A stretch of DNA of 63,522 nt, the filler included, from Chiloscyllium plagiosum (taxonomy: Eukaryota), in the NCBI RefSeq assembly GCF_004010195.1. It is 4 parts of 2 records of this genome, joined end to end, with 100 filler letters (N's around TTAATTAATTAA, not from the genome) between each part and the next. Parts side by side here need not be neighbours in the genome. Positions count along the whole stretch, not along the records: positions 42,984 to 61,334 come from NC_057711.1; 3 more parts are not named here. One strand, given 5' to 3'. The notes beneath the pieces were generated by a model. The model ran no database searches, had not been told where the DNA came from, and saw only the letters and a program-made list of their open reading frames with translations. The position numbers and the translations under genes are program-made. This document shows positions 48,335-61,434 of this stretch, one piece after another. How positions within the stretch are numbered: the stretch's first letter is position 1; every line of letters begins with the position of its first letter.

Positions 48335-49580
48335 AGTAGTATAACTGCTGGACTTTTAATCCAGATACCCCAATAATGTTCTAGGAAACTGGCCATGGCA
48401 GATGGTGGAATTTGAATTCAATAAAAATTTGGAATTAAAAGTCTAATGATAATTATGAATCCATTGTTGATTGTCAGAAAAACCCATCTGGTTCACTGAT
48501 GACCTTTAGGGAAGGAATCTGCTATCCCTACCTGGTCTGGCCTCCATGTGATTCCAGACCCTAGCAATGTAGACAATAGACAATAGGTGCAGGAGTAGGC
48601 CATTCAGCCCTTCGAGCCTGCACCGCCATTCAATATGATCATGGCAGATCATTCCTAATCAGTATCCTGTTCCTGCCTTATCTCCATAACCCTTGATTCC
48701 ACTATCTTTGAGAGCTCTATCCAACTCTTTCTTAAATGAATCCAGAGACTGGGCCTCCACTGCCCTCTGGGGCAGAGCATTTCACACAGCCACCACTCTC
48801 TGGGTGAAGAAGTTTCTCCTCATCTCTGTCCTAAATGGTCTACCCCATATTTTTAAGCTGACAACCAATGGTCCAAATTCCTACGGCAAAATTCTGGGAT
48901 ATGTCCTATCCCATCAGCAAAGGTAGTGCACAGTGATATACTATTCAAAATGAGTTGCCTCACATTGGAAGTCCCCCACATTGAATCCAGTCACTATGCC
49001 TCCAGTTTCAAGTGGTTAAAGAAATCCAATACTGTTTAACACACACTTTTCTCCTTCGGTGTAATAATCTGTACTCCTCTATGTTGAACACCACTTGAAA
49101 GAACATCCCAAAGTGGATAACCATACATTTATCCACATTAAACTGCATCTGCCATGCGTCTGCCCACTCACCTAACTTATCCAGGTTACCCTGTAATCTC
49201 CTAACATCCTCATCACATTTCACCCTGCCACCCAGCTTTGTATTATCAGCAAGTTTGCTAATGTTATTGCTGATACCATCTTCTATATCATTAACATATA
49301 TTGTAAAAAGCTGCGGTCCCAGCACGGATCCCTTTTTTTAACCCACTGGTCACTGCCTGCCATTCCGAAATGGAGCCTTTTATCACTACCCTTTGTTTCC
49401 TATCAGCCAACCAATTTTCAATCCAATCTAGTACTTTGCCCCCAATACCATGCGCCCTAATTTTACTCACTAACCTCCTGATGTGATGAACTCTTAATTG
49501 CTTTCTGGATAATTAGGGGTGGGCATTAAATGTTGGCCCAGCCAGTGATGCCTCATTCCATGAATGAATAAATAAATAAT
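48335..49580 (+). mobile_element. SINE (family of 15445-15720) split by a minus-strand CR1 (48570-49480)
   Basis: Body aaacccatctggttcact..cctggtctggcc; tail resumes at 49483 to atgaatgaataaa; CR1 ORF 49008-49325 LGPQLFTIYVND..SKLADNTK. Confidence 0.75.
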
Positions 49581-52339
49581 AAAAATTAGTCATTCCATGG
49601 ATATGGGGATAAGGCAGGAAAGTAGAGTTCTGCTCCAATGTCTTAAGTCTTAAGGTACAAAAGATGTTTTGAGGTGTGGAGAATTTTAGCGATGGGCAAG
49701 GATTTAATAGGATGCCTTGTTTTATTTGAAACAGGACAGTCTGATGGAAGATTTAATTGAGGTGTATTAAATGATAAGGACCTGGACTGAAAGGACCTAT
49801 TTCCATTAAGAGAAACATTAATAACCAAGAAGTGTTAGAGGAGAATTGAATTTTTCATCTAGAGAGTGGTGACTGTCTGGAATTCATTACCTAAAACACC
49901 CATCATATTTAACCAAGCATTTTGAAATGGGCTACAGAAGTAGAGCTGGAAGTTGGGATTAAACTAGATAGCTCTTTTTCTCACAGCATAGCCACAATAA
50001 GCAGAATAGTTTTCTTCTATTTTTCTGTCAACCTTGTAAATGCTTGCTGAACAATTTGACTTTTGAGTCCTGCAGCCTGATTGGTTAACAAAAAGTTGCA
50101 TTTTTAAAATTTATTGGGGCAACAACTGAAAATAATGGATTCAAAATCAGCAGGAAAGCTAGCTTTTGTGAAGATGGAAACAGAACTAATGCTCAAGAAC
50201 AAATTTATTGGAATTGTTTGAGGAAATATTGATAAAGGAAATGCAGTCGAGATTGTACAAATGGATTTTCAAAAATCATTTAATATCGTCCCTAATAGAT
50301 GTGTAGATAACATCTGGACACAATTCTACTTAAGGAATAGAGACACCATATTTTTGGAAGTTGGTAAAGGGCAGGAAATAGACAGTGATCATTAATGAAT
50401 ACTTTTTATGTGGGAAGGATGAAAGCTTTGGTGTCTTACATAAATACAGCATGAGGGGTATAACATAAGTAATACTAAATCTGTTATAAATGATTGTTTA
50501 GATCTCAGTTTGAAAGAAAAATCCTGGTTATGTGCAATGTTAGCAATGCTAGTATATATATTGCCCTTCCATAACTCCTCTTGCGTCACCATCATTATCC
50601 ATTGGTGAAGCTACAACATGCATGTAAAAATATGCTTTCCAACAACTCAGACTCCTTTGGTGGCCAGTTGGCAGGTCTGTTGGTATGTATCTGATTGCTG
50701 CCAACATCATTGGATTCACTCTGTATCGTGGTTGTGTTGGATTGGCTTCCTTAGCCTACCTATAATGGAGGTCATAGGTCATAGTACTGTGGGTCAGTCC
50801 TGTCTTTGTGCAGAGAAATGAAAAGCTTCCTCTTAAATTAGTGGTTTTTGGAAAGTCAACAGTCAACCATATTGATGTGGAGCTGTAGTTACACAGAAAG
50901 TGGACTTCCTTCCCAAAGAATAACAGCCAACCAATTTCTTTGTGTAAGAACCTGAGAGCTTCAATAATGTTCCGTATGAGACATTGTTAACAAAAATGAG
51001 AGTACTCGCAATTATACACAACCAATTGACATCGGTAGAGAATGTATTAAGTGCATGAAGTCAGAGAGTAGGCATAATGGGTACATACTCAAATTGTATT
51101 TACTTCATGGATCTGCAATGGAGCCTTAGCATTTCACTCTATTCACAATCATTAAATAAAGAAATGAAGAGTCATTTATCTAAGTTTTCTGCAGGCACCA
51201 AAATAAGATAAAATGTGAATTGAAGCTGTAGGTTGCAATGGGACATTGACAAGGTAAGTAAGAAGGCAAAATAAGAGCAGACAGAATTAATTGCGAGAAA
51301 GAATGAGCATTTGAGTTTGGACCCAAGAAAGTATTTCAAAGCATTTTCTAAATCGTGAGCAGCTAGGAAAGTTAAAGGAGCAGAGAGGTTTAGAGATCCA
51401 AGCACTGAAAATCACTAACAACAGATACAAAAAGATACAAAGAAAAGATGAACAGAATATTGAATTATCCAATTAGTAAGAATCTCTCAAAGCTGTTGTC
51501 CAATCTCACAACTTTAAAAAGACCTCTATATAGATATGATGACGCAATGTATAGTATAATAATGTGCTCTTGACTTTGCTTTAAAAGATCTTGGATAGAG
51601 TGTTACCTCAGGGGCAGTTTTTAAACAAGTCATTGGTCAGCATTCCAAAACATTAGGCCTTTGAAGCAGTCTTTGTTTTGCTAAATACTGGAAGTAAAGG
51701 GAAACATATTTATAGCAATTAATTTGTTAATCATGTTCAATTAAACAAGATGAGAAGGATGGTGTCTGGACAGCAGTGTGCTGAACCTTTTGCTTCCGGA
51801 GCCCCCTCTACTGTTGAATTTTTTTTTAACTTTATAAACAAGTGAAATGCAGTGAAATGTTTCTATTATTTTTGTTTTATTTACTAAAGATGAAGCTTAT
51901 TTCTCATGCTGAGCAATAAGTCTGATAGTCATATTCAGTAATGCTTATGTACTAAGGTTAGCTGGGAGCTGGGAGATTGTCACTGGAGGTTGGCTAGTGC
52001 AGTTTGACAGACAGATGTCTGTGATAGGATGGGAGCAGAAGAGTCTGGATGAGCTGGCGTTTATGTAAGGTGTTGTTTGGTCGGGCGCAGGCAGTGCAGT
52101 TGGAGGGAGCGCAGGCAGTGCAGTTAGAGGGAGAAGTTGAATCTATAGATGACAAAGTGAGAATGAAGATTTGGATAACATTGATAAAAGGTGGGAATGG
52201 ACATGGTTATTACTTTTGTGGTGAATATATGCAGTTGACACTAGCATATGGAGCTTGAAGCTCAGTTTGGAGTAGGACATTACAAGTTTGTATGCTAGGT
52301 CATGTGTTCTAGTGTTTCAAACTTTCTGCAGTCTACATT

Positions 52340-54475
52340 ATCCTATCATAAAATCTTCGACCTTGCACCATGATTAAGAAACAAAGTAAAACTCCTTCTA
52401 AACTGTCCCGATGGGACAATAGAGAGAAACTATTTCCACTAGTTGAGATGTCCACAACTAGGGTGCATAATCTTGAAAAAAATAAGCCAGACACTTCAGG
52501 AGTAAAATTACGAAATGCTTCTACAAGGTTGGTATGGATTTGGAACATTCCTGAGAATAATTTGGCCAACACATTAGCCTAGAGCTCTTGCAGCTCAAAA
52601 TTTGGGACTGTGCTCCTGGATAGGTCAATTATATATTTCAGAACTTTTATAGGGCATGGTCCTTAACGAGTTGGAACACAGATCAGCCACAGACTAATGC
52701 AGTTTATAGCACAGAAAAGAAACCTTTGGCTCATTGTATGCATGCTGGTCAAAAAATCCAACCAATGATTCTAATCCCATTTTCCAGCACTTAGTCCACA
52801 CTCGTCTGTGTATTGACATCGCAAGTGCACATCAAAATATATCTTAAATGTTATGAGGGTTTCTGTCCCTATTACACTTACAAGTAGTGAATTCCAGATT
52901 CCCCACTACTTTCTGGGTGAAAACGTTTTTCCTTGCATCTCCTCTAAACCTTCTGACCCTTACTTTATGCTCCCTGGTCATTGATCCTTCCATCAGGGAG
53001 AAAAAGTTTTTTTCCTGTCTCCCCTATCTATGCTTCTCATAATTTTACATCTCAATCGTGTGCCCTTGTAATCTCCTCTGCTTTAAGGAAAACAATCTCA
53101 GCCTATCCCATCTCTCTTCATAACTGAAATTCGCCAGCCCAGACAACATCCTGGTAAATCTCCTCTGGACCATCTCCAGTGCAATCACAACCTTCGTATT
53201 ATGTAGGTTCCAGAAATGCACACAATACTACGGCTGTGGCCTAGCCAACATTTTATACAGTTCCAGCATAACCTCCATGCTCTTAAGCTTTGTGTCTTGA
53301 CTACTAAAGGCACTTGTTAACCACTTTATCCACCTGCCCTGATACCTAAAGTGATTCGGGTACATGCACACTAAGTCCCTCTGATCCTCAGTGTTTCCCA
53401 AGGTCCTGTCATTCATCATGTATTCTCTTCCCTTGTTTATCGTGCCCAAGTGCATTATCTCACATTTATCCAGATTGAATTTCATCCGTCACTGACCAGC
53501 CTATCTGACCACTCTGTCTATATCCTCTTGCAGTCTAAGGCTATCCTTCTCACTATTTATCAGTGTATCAATTTTTGTATCATTTGCAAACTTACTGATC
53601 AACCCTCTTATATTCAAGTCTGGGTCATTTATATAAACCACAAACAGCAAGGGCCTGTGTGATCCCAGTTGGAAAAACACTCTTCACCTTCTGCATTCTG
53701 CCACTCAGCTATTTGTTGGTCCAATTTGCTAAGTTTTGTTGGATCTCATGGGCTCCTGCCTTTGCTATCAGTCTCCCACATGGGATCCTATCAAAAATCT
53801 TGATGACGTCAGAGCAGACAACATCAAAAACATTGCCATCAACTCCACATCTGGTCACCTCTTTGGAAAATTCTATCAGGTTGGTCAGACATGACCTCCC
53901 TTAATAAAACCATGCTGACTGTTGTTGATTAACTCCTGCCTCTCCAAATGCAGATTAATTCTGTCCCTCAGCATTGCTTCCAATTGTTTCCCCACCACCA
54001 ACCTTAGACTGACCGGTCTGTAGTTCTTGATTTATTACTTGCTCCTTTCTTGAATAACAACACCATATTGGGTATCATAGTCCTCTGGCACCTCTCGTGT
54101 GTCTAGAGAGGAATTGAAAATTTTGCAAGCACCCTTGGTATTTCTTCCATTGCCCCACTCAACAGCCCGGGATACATTTCATCCAGCCCAGGAGATTTAT
54201 CAACTTTTTAGCCTGCCAGATGCATTCAGAACCTTCTCTCTGTCTCAGGCCTTCTCCCTGATTTCTATACTCAAATCGTCCTTCTCACTAGTGAACATTT
54301 ATCCAAAATATTCATTTAGAATCCTACGTGTATTCTTTGGTTCTGTGCAAAAATTACCACTGTGGTCCTAATGGGCCTGACTCTTTCCCTCATTATCCTT
54401 TTACCTCTAATGTAACTGTAAAACAACTTAGAATTTTCCTTCATTATATGTCCCAGTATCCTTTCATATCCCTAC
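52340..54475 (-). mobile_element. CR1 LINE ORF2 (minus, 52700-54475) nested in an older plus-strand CR1 3' end
   Basis: ORF 53228-53485 KFNLDKCEIMHLG; RT motifs; host 3' UTR resumes at ~54480. Confidence 0.85.
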
Positions 54476-54859
54476 GGTCAAATTGATTGGCAGATCAGAC
54501 TCAAAGGGCTGAGTGGCCTACTAATTTCTATATTAATGATCACTTTATTGATATTAGAAATTAAAAATGAATTTGCATTATTCACATTTCCTGGATTACT
54601 AGTCAAGTCATTGTGTTACAATACCAACTGTAGTTGGAATACTGTGTGCTGTTTTGTGCGCTGTATTTGAACGTTAAGTACACAGAATCCTGGGCACAAC
54701 ATTTCAGAAGAAATGTCTAGACCTTACAGAAAGAACAGGGAGATCTACTAAAATGGTACCCGTAATACAAGGAGATTTTGTGGCTTAGTGTTGTTTCCCA
54801 ACCTCTCAATTCAAGTCCCATACCAAGATTTGTTGGTCATGGAAGGTGTTGTTGTAATA

Positions 54860-56000
54860 TAGTCAGAGAGTCATTCAGCAGGGAAACAGATCCTTCGGTC
54901 CAACTCATCCATGTTGACCAAGTTTCCCAAACTAAACTAGTCCCATTTACCTGCATTTGGCCCATATCCTTCTTAGCCTTTCCTACTCATGTACCTGTCC
55001 AAATGTCTTTTAAATGTTGCAATTGTATCTGCATCTATCACTTCTTCTGGCAGTTCATTCCATATATGAACCATCCTCGGTGTGAAAATGTTGCCCCTCA
55101 GATCCCTTTTAAATCATTCTCCTTTCACCATAAAATTTGCCCTCTAGTTTTGAACTCCCCAACCCTAGGGAAAAGACTCAGCTGTGCTTTTCCAGGACCA
55201 CACTTTTTGACAAGGATCTCCAGGATATTGACCCAGTGAAACTGAAGGAATGGCAATAAATATCCATGTCAGGATGCTGAGTGACTTGGAGGAGATCTTG
55301 TAGGTAATGGTGTTCTCCTGTAAATGCTGAATATGTGCCTCTAGGTAGTAATGATTGCGAGTTTGGAAGGTGCTGTCTAAGGAGAATTTCTGCAGTGCAC
55401 CTTATATTCGGTACACACTGCTGCTACTGAGCTTTGGTGATGGAGGTATAGATATTTATGGATATGGAGCCAGCCAAGTAGGATGTAAAGTGTCCAAACA
55501 GATTGAATGTCAGTCTCTAAAAATCTTTCCAATGCACTTGAAGCAAGATGAGAAGAGTCTCTTAGTCATTCATCCGACAGAAGTCAATGGCAAACCACTT
55601 CAGTAATTTTCCTGTCAGCATGGACCAAACCAAATGAAATTCCATCACCTAACCCTCAGGAACAAGGTCAGGAGAAAAGATGGACAGTCAGGTCTTCATT
55701 CATATGGATATTTTGGACAAGTTGGGATTGCTGTTCCTAGAGTAGAGGTGTTCAAACTCATGAATAGTCTTAATAGTGTAAACAAACAGAAACTACATCC
55801 AAGGCAGAAGGATTGATAACCATAGGATATAGATTTAAGTTAACTGGAAAAAGTGTTAAGTGTAAAGAAGATTCCAAATGGAATTGAGTAAAAATTTTCA
55901 AGAACAATTTTGCAGGGCTTTAAGGAATGGAACTAGTTAGATAGCTCTTTCAAAGAATTGGCACCATTACGATGGGCCAACTGGCCTTCTTCTTGTGTAT
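54860..56000. mobile_element. Mixed CR1 and LINE 3' fragments
   Basis: HER1-like 3' UTR (minus, 54860-55180), LINE piece like 18735-19060, old CR1 3' end 55730-56010. Confidence 0.65.
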
Positions 56001-56019
56001 GATTCTATGATTATGGGGA

Positions 56020-56108
56020 TGAAAAATGTGTTGCTGGAAAAGTGCAGCAGGTCAGGCAGCATCCAAGGAGCAGGAGAATCGACATTTCAGGCAAAAGCCC
56101 TTCCTGAA
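56020..56108 (-). mobile_element. Penelope pLTR fragment with decayed hammerhead
   Basis: gagaatcgacatttcaggcaaaagcccttcc. Confidence 0.75.
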
Positions 56109-58975
56109 GATTTCCCCACATTCTATGTCTTCCATGACCTTTTCCACAGTAAATACTGATGCAAAATACTCATTTAGTATCTCCTCCATCTCCTGTGGCT
56201 CCACACAATGGCTGCCTTGCTGATCTTTGAGGGGCCCTATTCTCTCCCTAGTTACCCTTTTGTCCTTAATATATTTATAAAATCCCTTTGGATTCTCCTT
56301 AACCCTATTTGCCAAAGCTATATCCTGCCCCCTTTTGCCCTCCTGATTTCCCTCCTAAGTATACTCCTACTGCCTTTATACTCTTCTAAGGATTCACTCA
56401 ATCTATCATGTCTATACCTAACATATACTTCCCTCTTTTTCTTAATCAAAACCTCAATTTCTCTAGTCATCCAGCTTTTCCTACACCTATCAGCCTTTCC
56501 TTTCATCCGAACAGGAACATACTGTCTCTGGACACTCATTATCTCATTTTTGAAGACTTCCCATTTTCCAGCTGTCCCTTTACCTGTGAACATCTGCCCC
56601 AATCAGCTTTTGAAATGTCTTGCCTAATACTGTCAAAATTAGCTTTTCTCCAATTTAGAACTTCAACTATTAGATCCGGTCCATCCTTTTCCATCATTAC
56701 TTTAAAACTCATAGAACTATGGTCACTGGCCCCAAAGTGCACCCCTGCTGACTTCTCAGTCACCTGCCCTGCCTTATTTCCCAAGAGTAGGTCAAGTTTT
56801 GCGCCTTCTCTAGCAGGTAAATATACATACTGAATCAGAAAAGTTTCTTTACACACTTAACTATCCTCTCCATCTAAACCTTTAACACTACGGCAAACCC
56901 AGCCGATGTTTGGAAGGTTAAAATCCCCTACCATAACCACCCTATTATTCTTACAGATAACTCAAATCTCCTTACAAATTTGTTTCTCAATTTCCCTTTG
57001 ATTATTAGGGGGGGGGGGTCTATGATATACAGTAATCATCCCTTTCTTATTTGTCACTTCCACCGAAATAACTTCCCTGGATGAATTCCCAGGAATATCC
57101 TACCTAAGTACAGCTGTAATGCAATCCCTTATCAAAAATGTCACTCCCCCTTCTCTCTTGCCCCCTCCTTTGTATCCTTCCTATAGCATGTGTATCCTGG
57201 AACATTAAGCTGCTAGTCCTGTCTATCCCAGAGTCACAGTTCTGTAATTGCTATGATATCCCAGTCCCATGCCCTGAGTTCATCTGCCTTCACTGTTAGG
57301 CCTCTTGCATTGGAGTAAATGCAGTTTAATTTATCAGTCCTATCTTGTTCTCTGTTTTGTTCCTGCCTGTCCTGACTGTTTGACTCGCTCCTTTTCCCAA
57401 GTGTACCAATCTCAGATTGATCTCTTTCCTCACTATTTCCCTGGGACCACACCCCCACACCACCATCACCTTACAAGTGTTCCTCCTGAACAGCTCTAGG
57501 AAATCTCCTTGTCTGTATATTAATCCTCTTCCTATTCAGGTGCAATTCATCCTTCTTGTACACGTCATTTCCACCACAGAAGAGATTCCAATGATCCAAA
57601 AATGTGAACCCTTCTCCCCTGCATCAGCTCCTCAGCCACACATTCGTCTGCTCTATCCTCCTATTCCTACCCTCACTAGTTCTCAGCACTGGGAGTAATC
57701 CAGATATTACTTACCCTCAAGGATCTCCTTTTTAAATTCCTGTCTAACTTTCTATATTCTCCCTTCAGAATCTCATCTTTTTCCCTTCCTATGCCGTTAG
57801 TTCCAATGTGTGCAATGATGTCCTGTTGGTTCCTCTACCCATTGAGAACATTCTGCACCCTCTCTGAGATATTCTTAATCCTGGCACCGGGAAGGCAACA
57901 CATCATTCTGATTTTTCGCTGCTGGCTGCAGAAACGTCTGTCTGTGTCTCTGACTAGATAGTCCCCTATCACAATCGTTCGTTTGAAACCCGACATACTC
58001 CTCATTACATCAGAGCCAGTCTCGATATCAGAAACTCGATTGCTCATGCTACATTCCCTTGAGAGTCCATCACCCTACATTTTCCATAACAGCATACTTG
58101 TGGGGAAGCCACAGAACATTCTTGCACTACCTTCTTACCCCCCCCTTACCTTTCCTGGAGTTAACCCATCTACCTGACTGTAACTGCGGCTTTTCTCCCT
58201 TCCTATAACTACCATCCATGGCACCCTCTAGCTCTTGTAAATTCCTGATTGCCTCTAACCAATCCTTGCAATCTGATAAGATTCACAACCAAAGACATTT
58301 CCTGCAGACATAATCATCAGTAACATAGAAACTCCCCCTAAACTCCCACATTCGACAGGAAGAGCATATCACTCTACTAGGGGCCATCTTTGCTCTTTCA
58401 CAATCTACAGACCCAAAATACAGTACTGTCTTTTGCTCAAAAAAAAGTGCTCCAGGCTAACTTAGTACTTATGGTTTATATTTTAAAAATTTAATCAAGA
58501 AACAGATCTCAATAAAGTACTCAATCTTCTCACTACTGTAGGGACTTCCAGCAAGATTACATTTAAAAATTATGCACATCTGTTCCTGTGCTATGAGCTC
58601 CAAGGTTCCTCCAAGGTCAGCTGTGAATTTCACTGTTTGTTAATTTTTCCTAAAAGCACTCCAATGTCCAGGGATACCTGAACTCAAACAGCAAAAGCAG
58701 TTTCACTGCTGTGTCAGACAGCAGTGTAGATTTCTCTCTCTCTCTCCCTCACTGACTGTGTGGCCGCTGCCTTTTGTCTGTCTTTCTCCTTTTAAAAGTC
58801 CTGTTGTTTTGATCTTTTTTCCCCAAAGTTCCAAAACAATGCAACAGCTTATAAAACAGTAATTGCTGCTCCTGGAATTCGAGGAAATCACCGCGTACAC
58901 CTAAAATTCCTCAAAAAAGGTGCAGCTCTTATAGCCACAACTTTTTCCTGTCCTCCATCTTGGAACACCCAGTAT
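56109..58975 (-). mobile_element. CR1 LINE 5' half: 5' UTR, ORF1 (zinc finger plus SGNH esterase) and ORF2 endonuclease, degenerate
   Basis: ORF1 start 58387 MAPSRVICSSCRMW..YVCRKC; VIGDYLVRDTDRRFC..CCLPGARI; EN NARGL..ELRAW..DIIAITE, SDH motif. Confidence 0.9.
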
Positions 58976-59429
58976 CTAGAGACAGCACGCTCAGCAGAAA
59001 AAGATTACTGAGTCCTTCCAGAACTAACTCTAAACATTTCTCAATGTCTTTCACAAGATCAGGTCATTGTAAGTTGTTAACAATTTGAAACATAAATACA
59101 TTTCTTACATATTTAATATAGAACCATGTTTCAGTTGGAAATGTTTTTGACATAAAAACATAAAATATAAGAAATATGAACACATGTAGGGCCTTTATCC
59201 CTTCAAGCCCCGCTATTCTATAAGATCATGGCTGATCCAACCCAGGCCCCAACTCCTCTTTCTTTGCCATCAATTCCATGAGATTTTAAAATTCTGTCTA
59301 TCTCCTCTTTAAAAACTTTCAGTGGTCTAGCCCCTATATCTGGGGTATAGTAATCTAGACATTAACTATCCTCTGCCAGGAGGAAGTTCTTCACACAGAG
59401 TCATAGAGTCACACAGCAATTACAAAGTT

Positions 59430-61334
59430 ATGAAGCAAACTGGGAAAATAGAGTGAGGAGAAGGTCAATATAAGAGCAGTGGCAACCTTTTAAGCAGATA
59501 TCTCATAATGCTCAACAAATGCTGAATGAGATCTTTCTGGACAAGACCTTCAGCGAGGTTATTACACCAATCATGCCAGAAGAGAGCAGACAATGAGGAA
59601 GGCAGAGAGGAGACAGGTGCAAGAGACCCCGGGAGAAGTACCTGTCAGGAACAAGTTGAAGCTTTTGGAAACAGTAGAGACTGATGACACTGCCAGTTCG
59701 CAAGGCGGCCAGGTCTGTCAATCAGAGGCAGAGCGGAAGAGTCGCACAGAGCCGTGGTAATAGGGGACTCCATCGTGAGAGGAACTGACTGGGGTTTTTG
59801 TGGCAGCAGACGGGATTTAAGGATGGTGTGTTGCCGTCCTGGTGCCAGGGTGAAAGACATCACGGACAGAGTGCAGGAAATCCTCAAGGACGAGGGTGAA
59901 GAGCCAGAGTTGGTGGTACATGTCAGCACAAATAATGTCAGGAAGAAGAGGAGGAACATACTACAGCAGGACTTCGGAGAACTAGGAAGAAGGCTGAAAA
60001 GCAGGACGTCCGGTTTGCTTCCAGTTCCTCGTGCTGGTGTGGCCAGAAGCAGGGAGATAATGGACTTGAACGTGTGGTTGGGGAACTGGTGCAGGAAGCA
60101 AGGATTTAAGTTCTTGGATCACTGGGGTATATTTTGTGGTAAGCATAAATTCTACAAGACAGACGGTTTGCACCTTAATAGGTTAGGGACCAGCATTCTG
60201 GCAGGCAGGTTTTCTACTGCAGCACGGCTACATTTAAACTAAGTAGCGGGGGGGAGGGGATAAACTGGATGTTTAAGAAGGAAATTGAAGGGAAAGTTAG
60301 AACAAGAGAAGTCAAGAAAGATAACTGTATCAAAGAGGCAGAAAACTCGGAAAGGGATCATGCTGTAAGGTTGAGTGAAATAGGGGTTGATGGGAAGGGT
60401 GAGAGCAGTAACAAATTAAAAATACTATACATGAATGCATGAAGCATTAGACAAAAGATGGATGAGCTTGAGGCTCTTTTGGAAATTGGCAGATACGATA
60501 TTGTGGGGATAACTGAGACGTGGCTTCAAGTGGACAGGGCCTGGGAAATGAATATTCAAGCCTACACGTGCTATCATAAGGACAGACTGATGGGCAGAGG
60601 GGGTGGGGTGGCCTTGTTGGTAAGGGAGGATATTCAGTCCCTAACGCGGGGGACCTAGAGTCAGGGGATGTAGAGTCAGTGTGGATAGAGCTGCGAAATA
60701 CTAAGGGTAAAAAGACCCTCTTGGGAGTTATCTACAGGCCCCCATACAGTAGTCTGGATGTCGGATGTAAGTTGAATCAGGAGCTGAAATTGGCCTGTCG
60801 TAAAGATGTTACTACAGTTGTTATGGGGGATTTTAACATGCAGGTAGACTGGGAGAATCAGGATGGTACTGGACCCCAAGAAAGAGACTTTGTGGAGTGC
60901 CTCAGAGATGGATTCTTAGAGCAGCTGGTGCTGGAGCCGACCAGGGAGAAGGCAATGCTGGATCTGGTATTGTGCAACAAACCAGAATTGATCAGGGACC
61001 TCGAAGTGAAGGAGCCATTGGGAAGTAGTGACCATAATACAATAAGCTACAATCTGCAATTTGAGAGGGAGAGGGTAGTGACAATATTTCTGTTGAATAA
61101 AGGAGCTATGAGGGAGGAGCTGACCAAAGTTCAATGTTGCAATACCTTAGCAGGGATGACCGTGGAGGAACAATGGCGGATATTTCAGTGTATAATGTAG
61201 ATGTTGCAGGATCAGTTCATTCCTAAAAGGAAGAAACATCCCAGGAGGAGGCATGGGCGGCCGTGGCTGACGAGGGAAGTAAAGAAACATATAAAATTAA
61301 AAGAGAAAAAGTATAACATAGCAAAGATAAGTGG
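59430..61334 (+). mobile_element. CR1 LINE ORF1 esterase and ORF2 endonuclease region, cut by contig end
   Basis: VIGDSIVRGTD..DGLHLN (SGNH); IVGITETWL, YRPP, MGDFN, LGSSDHN. Confidence 0.95.
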
Positions 61335-61434
61335 NNNNNNNNNNNNNNNNNNNNNNNNNNNNNNNNNNNNNNNNNNNNTTAATTAATTAANNNNNNNNNN
61401 NNNNNNNNNNNNNNNNNNNNNNNNNNNNNNNNNN
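61335..61434. other. Artificial contig spacer
   Basis: 44 N + TTAATTAATTAA + 44 N. Confidence 0.97.

Noticed and set aside
52088..52135. 24-bp tandem duplication gcgcaggcagtgcagttggaggga
   Set aside because: Simple two-copy slippage with no further structure
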